Shown: positions 20,256 to 30,133 of the stretch, piece after piece
How positions within the stretch are numbered: position 1 is the stretch's first letter
Layout of the letters: each line of letters opens with the position of its first letter
DNA from: an uncultured Pseudobdellovibrionaceae bacterium
GTDB taxonomy: Bacteria; Bdellovibrionota; Bdellovibrionia; Bdellovibrionales; UBA1609
Length of the DNA: 64,000 bases
Assembly: GCA_963803705.1 (NCBI GenBank)
Contig: CAWDNU010000001.1
Coordinates: 576,001-640,000, forward strand
Direction of reading: 5' to 3'
Position numbers and translations under genes: made by a program
Notes under the pieces: generated by a model
Seen by the model: the letters and a program-made list of their open reading frames with translations, nothing else
What the model was told of the DNA's origin: nothing
The model's database searches: none

Positions 20256-21313
20256 TGGCTAATATGGCTCAAGCCATAAGGATGGCTTTGCATTACTCGG
20301 AAAAAAATTTGGGTGTGACTGAAATCTTTGGACAAGATGTAGGCCCACCTTTGGGGGGTGTGTTTACTTGCACCCAGGGTTTAAAAAATTCATGGAATAC
20401 TCCATTAGATGAGCGAGGCATTGTTGGGGCCGCTATTGGTTTGGGTTTGGCAGGACAAAAGTGTGTCGCTGAAATACAATTTTGCGACTATATCTTTAAC
20501 ACAATAGATCTTTTAAAGATGGCAGGTAACACTCACTGGACGACAAACGGTCAGTACAATTTACCAATAGTTTTGATGACTCCAACAGGTGCAGGCATTC
20601 GGGGTTCGGTTTATCATAGTCACAGCTTTGATTCGTGGGCTAGTCGGTTGGCCGGCTGGAAAGTAGTTATGCCTTCAAACCCTTTGGACGCTTACGGCTT
20701 AATGTTATCAGCTGTAAAGGACCCTAACCCAGTAATGTTTTTAAAACCTAAATCTTTACTTAGAGTTCGTGGAAAGAAACTTATTCCAGGCGAGCCCAGC
20801 GACGAAAAAGAACTAAAACAAAGAATAGATGCTCCTTTAGGCGATCGCTCTAAGTGGAAGCCAAATTGGCCAGACTTACAGGATTTTGAAGTGCCTATTG
20901 GTAAAGCCAAAATCCTTATCGAGGGCACAGAATTGACAGTGGTAAGTTATGGTCGCACTTTGCCGCTCTGCCAAAAGATAGCAAAAAAACTAAAATCCAA
21001 CAACGGAACATCTGTGGAAGTTATCGACCTTAGGTCTATTTATCCTTACGACTGGCAGGCTTTAAAAAAATCGATAAAAAAAACTGGCAGAGTGTTATTT
21101 GTCAACGAGGATACAGAAGTGACTAACTTTGGTGAGCACTTAGCTTACCGATGCACCCAAGAACTATTTTATGAACTTATGGCTCGTCCTAAAGTTCTTG
21201 CCGGCAAGCAAATTCCAGGCATAGGTTTATACCCAGGTTTAGAAGAGGCTAGTGTTCCTTATGAAGATGAGATCGAAAAAGAAATGTTAGAAATTTTGGC
21301 CGAAGTGCCCTAA
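20255..21313 (+). CDS. 2-oxoacid dehydrogenase E1 beta
   Basis: GQDVG...GGVF, TPLDE.GI, EIQF.DY, HSHS, EVIDLRS. TAATG overlap with the alpha gene. Confidence 0.88.
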   Translation: MANMAQAIRMALHYSEKNLGVTEIFGQDVGPPLGGVFTCTQGLKNSWNTPLDERGIVGAAIGLGLAGQKCVAEIQFCDYIFNTIDLLKMAGNTHWTTNGQYNLPIVLMTPTGAGIRGSVYHSHSFDSWASRLAGWKVVMPSNPLDAYGLMLSAVKDPNPVMFLKPKSLLRVRGKKLIPGEPSDEKELKQRIDAPLGDRSKWKPNWPDLQDFEVPIGKAKILIEGTELTVVSYGRTLPLCQKIAKKLKSNNGTSVEVIDLRSIYPYDWQALKKSIKKTGRVLFVNEDTEVTNFGEHLAYRCTQELFYELMARPKVLAGKQIPGIGLYPGLEEASVPYEDEIEKEMLEILAEVP

Positions 21314-21326
21314 TGAAGGACTGAAT

Positions 21327-22112
21327 ATGCAAGATTTTGATAAATATAAGTACTATAAAGAGTCTGTTCAATCCCCTGAAAATGATGTTGCCTTTTTCCA
21401 GAAAATTTACAAAGAGGCCTTCGATAAAGAGCCCGAGACCTTAAGAGAAGATTTTTGTGGCACTTTTTCGATCTGTTGTGAATGGATCAAGCTAGATCAA
21501 AATAAAAAGTCTATTGGTCTTGATTTAGATAAAGAGCCTATTGATTACGGTTTTAAGACAAACTTTTTAGATCTTAATAAAGAACAGCAAAGTCGCGTGA
21601 GTATATTGCAGCAGAATGTCTTAAGCCCTGAACTACCGTCAGCAGACATTATAGCTGCGCTGAATTTTTCGTATTTTCTATTTAAAGAGCGCAAGCAACT
21701 GAAAGACTATTTTACTAATGTTTACAAGACTTTGAATCCAAATTCATTGTTTGTCATGGACTGTTTTGGTGGTCCAGCTGCCCAAACAGAAAACGAAGAG
21801 GAAACAGAGCATGAAGGTTTTAGTTATTTTTGGGATCAAGATAGCTTCAATCCCATAAATAACAACGCTGTTTTTCACATACATTTTAAAATTGATGGGC
21901 AAGAAAAGGTAGAGAAATCTTTCACCTATGACTGGCGCATGTGGTCTTTGCCTGAGCTTCAAGACATCATGAAAGAAGTTGGCTTTGCAGATGTTCACGT
22001 TTTATGGGAAGCCGATGATGAGGACGGCGAAGGCAACGGAGAGTTCTACAGAGCAGATCAAGGCGAGGACTGTGAAGCATGGGTTGCTTACGTTGTTGGG
22101 AAAAAGCTTTAG
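21327..22112 (+). CDS. Class I SAM-dependent methyltransferase
   Basis: EDFCGT motif I, GLDLD, ALNFS. Confidence 0.75.
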   Translation: MQDFDKYKYYKESVQSPENDVAFFQKIYKEAFDKEPETLREDFCGTFSICCEWIKLDQNKKSIGLDLDKEPIDYGFKTNFLDLNKEQQSRVSILQQNVLSPELPSADIIAALNFSYFLFKERKQLKDYFTNVYKTLNPNSLFVMDCFGGPAAQTENEEETEHEGFSYFWDQDSFNPINNNAVFHIHFKIDGQEKVEKSFTYDWRMWSLPELQDIMKEVGFADVHVLWEADDEDGEGNGEFYRADQGEDCEAWVAYVVGKKL

Positions 22113-22126
22113 TCTTAGTGTTAAAC

Positions 22127-22402
22127 TTCTAAAATTATCACTTATTCTTTTTATAATATTCCAATTAAATTTTGAACTTTATTCCTAGCCTACGTCCTAA
22201 AAGGCTCAAACATACTTTGTCACTTGGCTTGCAAATCTAATCTAAACGAAATTTAAAAAAATTTGTAAATTTTTGCTGTATTTATATTTAGCGAATTACA
22301 GCAAGCCTTCATGCCAAAGAACTCGCTTTTAGGACGTAGGCTAGGAATAAAGTTCAAAATTTAATTGGAATACTATCAAAAGGATAAGTGATAGTTTTTG
22401 AA
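22127..22402. repeat. Long inverted-repeat element A: 77-bp arms around a structured core
   Basis: Arms 22127-22203 and 22326-22402 have 5 mismatches, and the inner 47 bp are perfect. The core is shared with element B. Confidence 0.9.
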
Positions 22403-22580
22403 ATCTAGCTTAGTAAATCGTTCCAATTTGATACTCTGGAAAAAAATAATTTTTTGTTGAGTAAATGTTTGGAATTCTTAATGTTTTAGGATTTTAGATG
22501 ACTCCATTTCACTTATAATTGAAACTTTATCTTGTTTAATCGATTACACTTTGTAATGCAGCCATGTGACTGGAGGGTCT

Positions 22581-22925
22581 ATGCTAAGCAGATTTGTAAG
22601 TATCATCGTTTTGTTCATTTTTTGTTCCGTCTCGTATGCCGGATATGAAAAACGACAAGATGTACAAAATAAAAGAATTGCAAATGGGAAAAGATCTGGA
22701 AGTTTAAATAAAAGAGAAGCAAAAAATCTAGATCATGGGCAAGCTAAAGTTAAACGTAAATCAAAACGCTTTGAGCAATCAAAAGCCAACGTGAATGCAG
22801 ATGGTAAAGTAACCAAGAAAGAGCGTCGCAAGCTTGCTAAACAGCGTGTTAAATTAATAAAAATACAAAACAAGCAGTCAAAGAAGATACAGAATAAAAA
22901 AATGAACAGAAGAAAAGCTAGGTAG
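22581..22925 (+). CDS. Secreted basic helical protein
   Basis: GGAGG RBS, signal peptide, Q..RI..G..SG.L..REA motif. Confidence 0.7.
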   Translation: MLSRFVSIIVLFIFCSVSYAGYEKRQDVQNKRIANGKRSGSLNKREAKNLDHGQAKVKRKSKRFEQSKANVNADGKVTKKERRKLAKQRVKLIKIQNKQSKKIQNKKMNRRKAR

Positions 22926-23170
22926 AGTTGTTAGTAGCGCTTTACATCACAAAAAATACCCTTTTAATATATGAACATTTTTTATCAGAGCATTATTTGA
23001 TTGTACATTCAGAGTACAGTTAAACTAGATATATCGCTCAAAATATTCAATTCTAACCAATCTAACACCACCCACCAACCATCAGTCTGGATACCCGTGA
23101 TCCAAATCTGAAAAAGTTTGCCTAAATTTCAAAATAAACCTTGTTCTCCTTAAATTTACCGATTACTTTT

Positions 23171-23192
23171 AATTCAAACGTTTGTTTGAATT
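23171..23192. promoter_or_regulatory. Palindromic TetR (PsrA-like) operator
   Basis: AATTCAAAC-GTTT-GTTTGAATT lies directly upstream of the tolC RBS. Confidence 0.7.
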
Positions 23193-23201
23193 GGAGTAAA
23201 T

Positions 23202-24701
23202 GTGAAGCACAATTTATTTTTATGGATCTTTTGTCTATTGACAGTCGGTATTTCTAAAGTGGAAGCACAACCCAGCAAGGCTATAAGCCAAGATAGTTTG
23301 GAAGATGCAAATTCTAATTTTGTTCTAGTTGAATCAGCCTTGAAAAAGATGATCGATAATAATCCGCCTTCGGTGCAACAGATAGAAGCTAGCTTTCTGG
23401 ATTTAAAACGTACTGATCTGGCATCCAAGGACAAATTTGGGCTTAGATTAGAAGCTGATGGAACCATTTACAAATCTAAGGAACGCCTGCTAGGCCCGTT
23501 TGATCCAGTAACCCAAAGTACTAGAGAATATAACGTTGGTATAATTAAGCCTACACAATACGGTTTAGATTTAAGCATAAAGGCTTTTGGCAATAGAACA
23601 GTAAATGCTTTTTTACCTAATGGATCTTCAACAAGCGGTGTGGTTCTAGGCCTAAATGTTGATCTATATAAGAACTTTTTAGGTCGAATGACCAATACTG
23701 AATTAAAACAAACTGGAGCGGCTTTAAAAAGAGCCAAACTTGAAAGAAAAATTGAAATGAAAACTTTCGAATCTAATCTAAGAAAATTATATTGGTCATT
23801 AGTTGCTAACAAGGAAAAACAAGATTTGTTAAAGTCGCTTGTCAAAACAGCTGAACGACAATTAGCAGACTCTGTTCAAAGGCAAAAATCCGGCGTAACA
23901 GATAGAGGAGAAACAGCTCGGTTTAGATCACAGCTTTCATCCAGGAAAGCAAACTTGCTATCATTGGAATACGAGCTAAGTGGCTATCTTAAAAATTTAA
24001 GGGAACTTCTTCCCGAACTGAAGACAAAAAAAATTACAGTTGGGCCCTATGATGTTGATGAAACTATAAAGCGTGTTTTTGAGTGCATAGGCACAATCAA
24101 CAGCCAAGAACAAACACCGATGGTATATACGTTTTATGATGAAATAGTAGATTTCCTTGTAAAAGAAGAGATGTACCAGCAGAAAATTTTAAGAGCTTAT
24201 GATGACATTGATATAAAGCTTGAAGGTGAATATTCTAACGTAGGTCGAGATTTTACCCTCCAAGATTCACAGCAAAATTTATTGGACGATCCCAGAGATC
24301 GTTCTAGGATAGCCTTAAGAATCTCTGTACCATTAGATGGATCCAAAACTAAGACAAAAAAAGTAACCCAATTGGCAACTAAAAATAGGTTTAGATCTCA
24401 AGCTCAAAGTAATTTAGCCAAAATGAATTCTTTTCATGTAGAAACAATCGAAATTATTAAAGCTTTAATGGAGGTTTTGAAATCCCAAAAAAATACAAGC
24501 AAATATCTGGGTATAAGCATAAGTGAAAGCCGCAAAAAGTTTAACCAGGGCCGTATCAGTATTCAGGAATTTATAAGCGAAGAGGATTCCCAGATTCAAA
24601 ATAAATTAAATGAAATTGAAAGCAATCTAATAATTTTAACTACTTTAATTGACTACTTTAGTATTTTTACTGAAACACCATGCGAATTCAACAGGATCTA
24701 A
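23202..24701 (+). CDS. TolC-family outer membrane efflux protein
   Basis: Signal peptide, alternating helical and beta segments, LYWSL and G.IS..E motifs, adjacent to an RND gene. Confidence 0.75.
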   Translation: MKHNLFLWIFCLLTVGISKVEAQPSKAISQDSLEDANSNFVLVESALKKMIDNNPPSVQQIEASFLDLKRTDLASKDKFGLRLEADGTIYKSKERLLGPFDPVTQSTREYNVGIIKPTQYGLDLSIKAFGNRTVNAFLPNGSSTSGVVLGLNVDLYKNFLGRMTNTELKQTGAALKRAKLERKIEMKTFESNLRKLYWSLVANKEKQDLLKSLVKTAERQLADSVQRQKSGVTDRGETARFRSQLSSRKANLLSLEYELSGYLKNLRELLPELKTKKITVGPYDVDETIKRVFECIGTINSQEQTPMVYTFYDEIVDFLVKEEMYQQKILRAYDDIDIKLEGEYSNVGRDFTLQDSQQNLLDDPRDRSRIALRISVPLDGSKTKTKKVTQLATKNRFRSQAQSNLAKMNSFHVETIEIIKALMEVLKSQKNTSKYLGISISESRKKFNQGRISIQEFISEEDSQIQNKLNEIESNLIILTTLIDYFSIFTETPCEFNRI

Positions 24702-24702
24702 T

Positions 24703-27700
24703 ATGAAATCATTGGCTTTGTTTTTTATCGAAAACACTAAATTGACTATTGTTTTGTCAGTAGGATTAATATTCTTTGGTTATAATGGGTACAACCAGAT
24801 GAACGCAGAAAGCTTTCCCAGCGTCTCGTTTGCCACAGCTACTGTAGTGACTGTTTATGATGGAGCCACTTCATCAGACATAGAAACAAAAATCACTAAA
24901 CCTATCGAAGATGAGATTAGAGGTGTAACAGGACTTAAAGATGTGAAGTCGGTCTCGCAAGCGGGTTTATCTACGATCGTAGTTAGAGTCGACATGGACG
25001 ATTCAAAAGTTGATGTAGACAAAGCAATGGCTGATATACAAAAAGCTGTAGATCGAGTGCAGGATTTACCAATGGATCTAAAAGATCAACCAAAGTTCAC
25101 CGAACTAAAAAGTGACGAATTCCCAGTTATGGAAATAGCAATTATCGGATCGAATAAAGACAGGCGTCGTGACTTGGTCACCGACCTAATGAAAGAGGAT
25201 ATTGAAGATAATAGATCTGTAAAGCAAGTTCGATTGGTCGGCTATCGGGAACGAGCCTTTGAAATTTACCTAGACTTAGAAAAACTAGAATCAAACTACA
25301 TTTCGGTTAACGAAGTCATGATGAAAATCCAAAGCAGGAATTCTAATACTCCTGGGGGTCCATTAAGAGCTTCTAAAAATCAGAAGTTAGTGAGAGTAGA
25401 GGGAAAGATTCAGAATGTTAAAGATCTAGAAAAACTGGTTGTTCGGTCAAACTTTAGCGGAAAGACAATTTTACTAGGTGATATAGCTGAAATTAAGGAT
25501 TCCCAAGAGGAAGCCACTGTCCTTGGACGCTACAATGGTAAGGAGGCTTCTTTATTAGTGGTTAACAAGAAATCTGGTGCCGACACTATCAAAATGGTTT
25601 CAGAATTAGATGAAATTCTTGCAGATTATAAAAGTAGAATTAAAGACTTAGATTTTGTTTTGTATATCTCTGAAGGCTTAAAGGTCAAAAATAGAGTAGA
25701 AGTTTTGAAAAGTAATGCTCTATCAGGTCTGGTTCTGGTTATTATATTTCTATTCATTTTTTTGCCGGGGAAAATTGGTTTGGTGGCATCAATGTCTTTG
25801 CCACTAGCTATTATGGGCACGCTAGGGGTGATGCCTACGTTCGGAATGAATATAGACGCTATAACAGTGTTAGCTCTTGTTATCGCCCTAGGCATGATGG
25901 TGGATAATTCAGTTGTCATAAGCGAAAATTTTACCAGACTTAGAAAAGATGGAATGCCAGCTTTAGACGCTGCAACTAAATCAATCGAAACACTTTGGCT
26001 TCCTATCACTGCTACAGCCTTTACGACCATTGCTGCTTTTTTACCTATGCTTGTTACAAAAGGTATAATGGGTCAATTTATTATGGCCATTCCGATTGTT
26101 GTGACAATGGCTTTGATGCTTTCCTTGTTAGAGTCATTCTTTTTTCTTCCGATGCGATTGACCTGGGCTGGAAAAAAATTAAAGACCGATGGTAAAGATG
26201 ATACTTCAGATTGGTTTACAAAATTTGAGTCTAAATTCGAAAGTTTCATGAGCGTGGTTGTAAAGCACAGATACATTACGTCTTTATTTTTTGGATTATG
26301 CGTTGGTTTTTCTTTGTTCATGATGGTAGCCATGAACAGTTTTGAGCTTTTTCCTGCTGATCAGACAGAGGTTTATTTAGCAAGATTAGAGATGCCTAGG
26401 GGAACCCGTTTAGAAGAAACTCACGAAAAACTCAAACTAATATCAACTGAAGTTAAAAATGTACTTAAAGATGATGTTAATCATATTATTTCAAGAGCGG
26501 GCACTTCTCAAATGGGCCCTGGTGATCCAAAAGCACAAGATGGAAACAGTGTAGGAATGTTAACTATTTATGTTAGCGATTATGCGAAATACAACAGACC
26601 TTACACTGACGTACTGAAGGATTTAAAAAAAATAAAACCAGATTACGTCAAATCACTTTCTTTCCAAGAAGTGATAAATGGCCCACCAGTTGGGAATGCT
26701 ATTGAGGCAACTTTTAGGTCAAATTCTGAAAAAGACATAGACAAAATGATTGGCCAGGTTATTTCAGAGTTAGAAAAAAATAAAGGTGTAGAAAACCTAA
26801 ATGTTGATGATGTTATAGGTGATGATGAAGTCTTTGTAGATATAGATTACTCTAAGTCTGCAAGATTAGGAATTAATGTGAACACTGTAGGTTCAACAAT
26901 TAGAACGGCTATTTCAGGCAACAGAGTTTCAGACGTTACGCTAGACAATAAAGAAGTAGATTTAGTCTTAAGGTTAAAAGAAAACTACCGTCAAGATGTA
27001 GATGCCTTAAAAAAATTAGTCGTGAACGACCCAAAGGGTAATCTGGTAGTTTTAGATTCCTTTGCTGATTTTCGTGTTGAAAGCGGAACACCTCAAATAA
27101 AAAGGTTTGATTTCAAAAGGTCAAAAACTTTAACTGGCGATGTCGACAATATTAATATCACTTCTATAGAGGCCAATAAAATCGTAAATGATTATTTTGA
27201 AAAGCATAAGGATGAGATTCCGGGTATTAGCCTGGTTTTTGGTGGAGCTCAAGAATCAACAAACGAGTCAATGAGCTCGCTATTTTCGGCATTACAGCTA
27301 AGCTTGATTGGAATTTTTGCACTTTTGGTGTTCTTATTCAAATCGTATTTGCGACCAGCAATTATTATGACCACAATACCTCTTGGGCTTTTTGGTTTTT
27401 CCATAGCCTTTTATTTGCATCAAAGACCAATTTCTTTTTTAGCTTTAATTGGGATTATTGGTTTAGGTGGCATTATTGTAAACTCAGGAATAGTCCTTAT
27501 AAGTTTTATCGACGAGATGAAAGCTGAGGGTAAATTTTCTTTGAATGATATTTTAGTTAAAGCGTCAGGTATGAGACTTCGTGCAGTTTTTGTTACCAGC
27601 CTAACAACTGTTGGTGGTCTTTTCCCCACTGCTTACGGCATAGGTGGGAATGACGCTTTGCTGATTCCTATGACCTTAGCAATGGCTTGGGGTCTAACCT

Positions 27701-27843
27701 CTGGAACTCTTCTAACGCTAATTTGGGTACCTGCTGCTTATGGCATTTTAGAAGACTTTGACAGTCTAATTAAGAATAGAGTTGTTCCTTTTATAAAAGA
27801 ACTTTTCGGAAAGTACATATACAAATCAAAGGCAGCAAATTGA
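24703..27843 (+). CDS. RND efflux permease (AcrB/AcrD/AcrF family)
   Basis: ITKPIED, GMMVDNSVV..EN, RLRAVFVTSLTT. ATG at 24703 lies just after the tolC stop. Confidence 0.93.
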   Translation: MKSLALFFIENTKLTIVLSVGLIFFGYNGYNQMNAESFPSVSFATATVVTVYDGATSSDIETKITKPIEDEIRGVTGLKDVKSVSQAGLSTIVVRVDMDDSKVDVDKAMADIQKAVDRVQDLPMDLKDQPKFTELKSDEFPVMEIAIIGSNKDRRRDLVTDLMKEDIEDNRSVKQVRLVGYRERAFEIYLDLEKLESNYISVNEVMMKIQSRNSNTPGGPLRASKNQKLVRVEGKIQNVKDLEKLVVRSNFSGKTILLGDIAEIKDSQEEATVLGRYNGKEASLLVVNKKSGADTIKMVSELDEILADYKSRIKDLDFVLYISEGLKVKNRVEVLKSNALSGLVLVIIFLFIFLPGKIGLVASMSLPLAIMGTLGVMPTFGMNIDAITVLALVIALGMMVDNSVVISENFTRLRKDGMPALDAATKSIETLWLPITATAFTTIAAFLPMLVTKGIMGQFIMAIPIVVTMALMLSLLESFFFLPMRLTWAGKKLKTDGKDDTSDWFTKFESKFESFMSVVVKHRYITSLFFGLCVGFSLFMMVAMNSFELFPADQTEVYLARLEMPRGTRLEETHEKLKLISTEVKNVLKDDVNHIISRAGTSQMGPGDPKAQDGNSVGMLTIYVSDYAKYNRPYTDVLKDLKKIKPDYVKSLSFQEVINGPPVGNAIEATFRSNSEKDIDKMIGQVISELEKNKGVENLNVDDVIGDDEVFVDIDYSKSARLGINVNTVGSTIRTAISGNRVSDVTLDNKEVDLVLRLKENYRQDVDALKKLVVNDPKGNLVVLDSFADFRVESGTPQIKRFDFKRSKTLTGDVDNINITSIEANKIVNDYFEKHKDEIPGISLVFGGAQESTNESMSSLFSALQLSLIGIFALLVFLFKSYLRPAIIMTTIPLGLFGFSIAFYLHQRPISFLALIGIIGLGGIIVNSGIVLISFIDEMKAEGKFSLNDILVKASGMRLRAVFVTSLTTVGGLFPTAYGIGGNDALLIPMTLAMAWGLTSGTLLTLIWVPAAYGILEDFDSLIKNRVVPFIKELFGKYIYKSKAAN

Positions 27844-28499
27844 ATTCTGTAGAGACTAGTAAATCTACTAAAGACAAAATCCTGCAGACAGCTAATACGC
27901 TATTTGCAAAAAATGGCTTTGGTAGAACCTCGGTCCGAGATATCGCTAGCGAAGCTAATGTTAATCTAGCGGCAATAAACTATCATTTTAAAAATAAAGA
28001 CAACTTGTACTTGCAAGTTTTTCAGTACAATTTCGATTGGATTAGCTTTGGTATACAAGGTCTAAATGAAGAGAGCATAGACACTGCAGAACTTGCGGTT
28101 CGAACCTTCAGATTTTTCTTACAAGAAAAAACAGCTATAACTAATATCTTTAAAATCTTTCTATCAGATCACTCTGCACTTTATGATGACGTACTTGATT
28201 TAAACAGAGACAGTCAAGAGATGTTCGGTCCCCCTGGCCAAGAGGTGTTTCTAAGTAAGATATCTAAAGATGTCTCAAAGAGGGTTTCGTCAGAGAGTCA
28301 GGTATGGATTATGAAGGCTGTCTTTACCCAAGTGGCTCATTACGGTTTGATGATGGGGACAGAATTTTTCAAAAGGAAGTGCAACCACGACTATGGTATG
28401 GCACCGGATGCTATTGAGCATCAAATAAGATCTGTTGTTATGGCCTTGATTCAATATGCAAATGATAATCCTAAAAAAAACCTAATGGGTCCAGTTTAA
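27840..28499 (+). CDS. TetR/AcrR family regulator
   Basis: LFAKNGF..TSVRDIA..ANVNLAAINYHFKNK helix-turn-helix. Confidence 0.92.
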   Translation: MNSVETSKSTKDKILQTANTLFAKNGFGRTSVRDIASEANVNLAAINYHFKNKDNLYLQVFQYNFDWISFGIQGLNEESIDTAELAVRTFRFFLQEKTAITNIFKIFLSDHSALYDDVLDLNRDSQEMFGPPGQEVFLSKISKDVSKRVSSESQVWIMKAVFTQVAHYGLMMGTEFFKRKCNHDYGMAPDAIEHQIRSVVMALIQYANDNPKKNLMGPV

Positions 28500-28544
28500 G
28501 ACTATAAAATTATTTTTGCAGTTTAAATTGACCGATAAGTTATA

Positions 28545-30080
28545 GTGATAAAGTTAAAAGATTTTAATAACCATATTAAAATTATGGCGCTGAAGCGTCT
28601 TATGCTTAGCTTCATAATTCTAGTTGTTTGTTTATCTAAAACATTGGCTGAAACAGTTCATATTAGACTTAAGGCAGATAATTTGGAGGAATCACGATCT
28701 GAAAGTAGTTTGAAGCCGCTGACGTTACAAATTTTTCAAAAGATTTCAGTTAAATTGCCTGCTGCTAGTTTTTTAATTTCAGGATATTTATGTACATCAT
28801 CGTTCAGTAATAGTGATTCAAAAGAATTTTTTTTTAAACCTAAAGCTCTAAAAAAGCTATTGGTGACAAAAGGTATTCCAGCCAGAAAAGTTCGTATTCA
28901 ATGCTTAGACTCGAATTCTTTAATAGCTAATGAAAGAAAGGATAAAGCCTTTTTAGAAAGTAAGATAACGGTAATATCAATCTATGGTATCTCTGAGGTT
29001 GAAGCAGTTGCGCTTAGGGATGCCGTAAATAAATCAAACATATTTACAGTCTCTAAGGATGGCAACGGTGTAATTAACAAATATATCGAAAATATTAGTG
29101 AATACCAAGTTGAAGATAAAGCTGCGCGTGATCTGGTAAATTCAACCAAAAAAGATTGGCCCGTATTTATTGATGTTGAAAGATCTAATTTGCCAGATAC
29201 GAAAACTAAAGACTATTTGAAGCCGGTAGAAAAACCCGAGTTTGTCGATGTTGTTAATATTTATGACTTTTATAAAGATCAAAAAAAGCTAAGTCCTTCC
29301 AATTTAAAGCAAATTAGATCTACGGCTAAAGAGTCCGCACCCATTGAAAAAGCTAAAGCAATAGCCAACATTATAAGGAAAACAAGCACAAATACTAAAA
29401 TCAAAAACAAAATTATTAGAAAAATTGAGAAAGATAAATCTAGCAGCTACCTTATAGGGTACTCTTTGATGGACAAGGAGCTTGTGGCCGAGCGACCAGG
29501 ATTTAAGGCGACTTGGGTGACAGATCAAAATATGAATATATTTTTAGGTTACCGCTACAAACTAAATAAAAAGTATATTTTAGGTGCTAAAATTAATTAT
29601 AATCTGCAAGAATTTAAGGGTGAAGAAAATACTTTATTTGATTGGAACAATACGACACCAAACCTAATCAAATTATCGGCATCGTTAGATTATACTATCG
29701 ATAAACAATGGAACTTGGGCTTTGATTTGAATTACTTTGAGGAAAGCTTCGTTGTAACTCGTGGCTTAGATATTAGTCTTGAAAAAGCTGGCTTGTTGGG
29801 GTTTTCAGGTCGAGGCGAGCGCATAATTTTAGACAATGAATCGATAAAAACGGTTACAAATTTAACAGTTGATTTTGCAGTCGGCGGAGGGAGTTCTGTT
29901 GGATTCAACACAGGATATAGTGCGACTTGGAGTGCAGATCTAAACTTTAAAAGAATGCTTGAAAACTACGATTTGGCCATTGGAGCGTTTCTTGGTGTGC
30001 GAAGGTTCAGCACGGTTCAGAATATTCAAAGTGAAACAATAGCGGGTATCCAATTGCAATTTAAAGATAAAAGTTGGTAG
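28545..30080 (+). CDS. Hypothetical exported protein, probable C-terminal beta-barrel
   Basis: Signal-like segment, C-terminal amphipathic beta strands, terminal aromatic residue. Start uncertain. Confidence 0.55.
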   Translation: MIKLKDFNNHIKIMALKRLMLSFIILVVCLSKTLAETVHIRLKADNLEESRSESSLKPLTLQIFQKISVKLPAASFLISGYLCTSSFSNSDSKEFFFKPKALKKLLVTKGIPARKVRIQCLDSNSLIANERKDKAFLESKITVISIYGISEVEAVALRDAVNKSNIFTVSKDGNGVINKYIENISEYQVEDKAARDLVNSTKKDWPVFIDVERSNLPDTKTKDYLKPVEKPEFVDVVNIYDFYKDQKKLSPSNLKQIRSTAKESAPIEKAKAIANIIRKTSTNTKIKNKIIRKIEKDKSSSYLIGYSLMDKELVAERPGFKATWVTDQNMNIFLGYRYKLNKKYILGAKINYNLQEFKGEENTLFDWNNTTPNLIKLSASLDYTIDKQWNLGFDLNYFEESFVVTRGLDISLEKAGLLGFSGRGERIILDNESIKTVTNLTVDFAVGGGSSVGFNTGYSATWSADLNFKRMLENYDLAIGAFLGVRRFSTVQNIQSETIAGIQLQFKDKSW

Positions 30081-30133
30081 CGGGAATCAAATTTTGAATC
30101 TGAATGTTGCGGCTAAGACAAAAGTAGAACTGG

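Noticed and set aside
19149..21313. Missing E2/E3 genes next to E1 alpha/beta as a novelty
   Set aside because: Split 2-oxoacid dehydrogenase loci are common, and the partners could lie outside the window.
21979..22188. 69-aa ORF running into element A
   Set aside because: It overlaps the methyltransferase out of frame and has no RBS or motif.
22127..22402. Retron msr-msd or a known ribozyme as the identity of elements A and B
   Set aside because: There is no adjacent reverse transcriptase, and I could not recognise hammerhead, twister or pistol cores by eye. An Rfam search is still needed.
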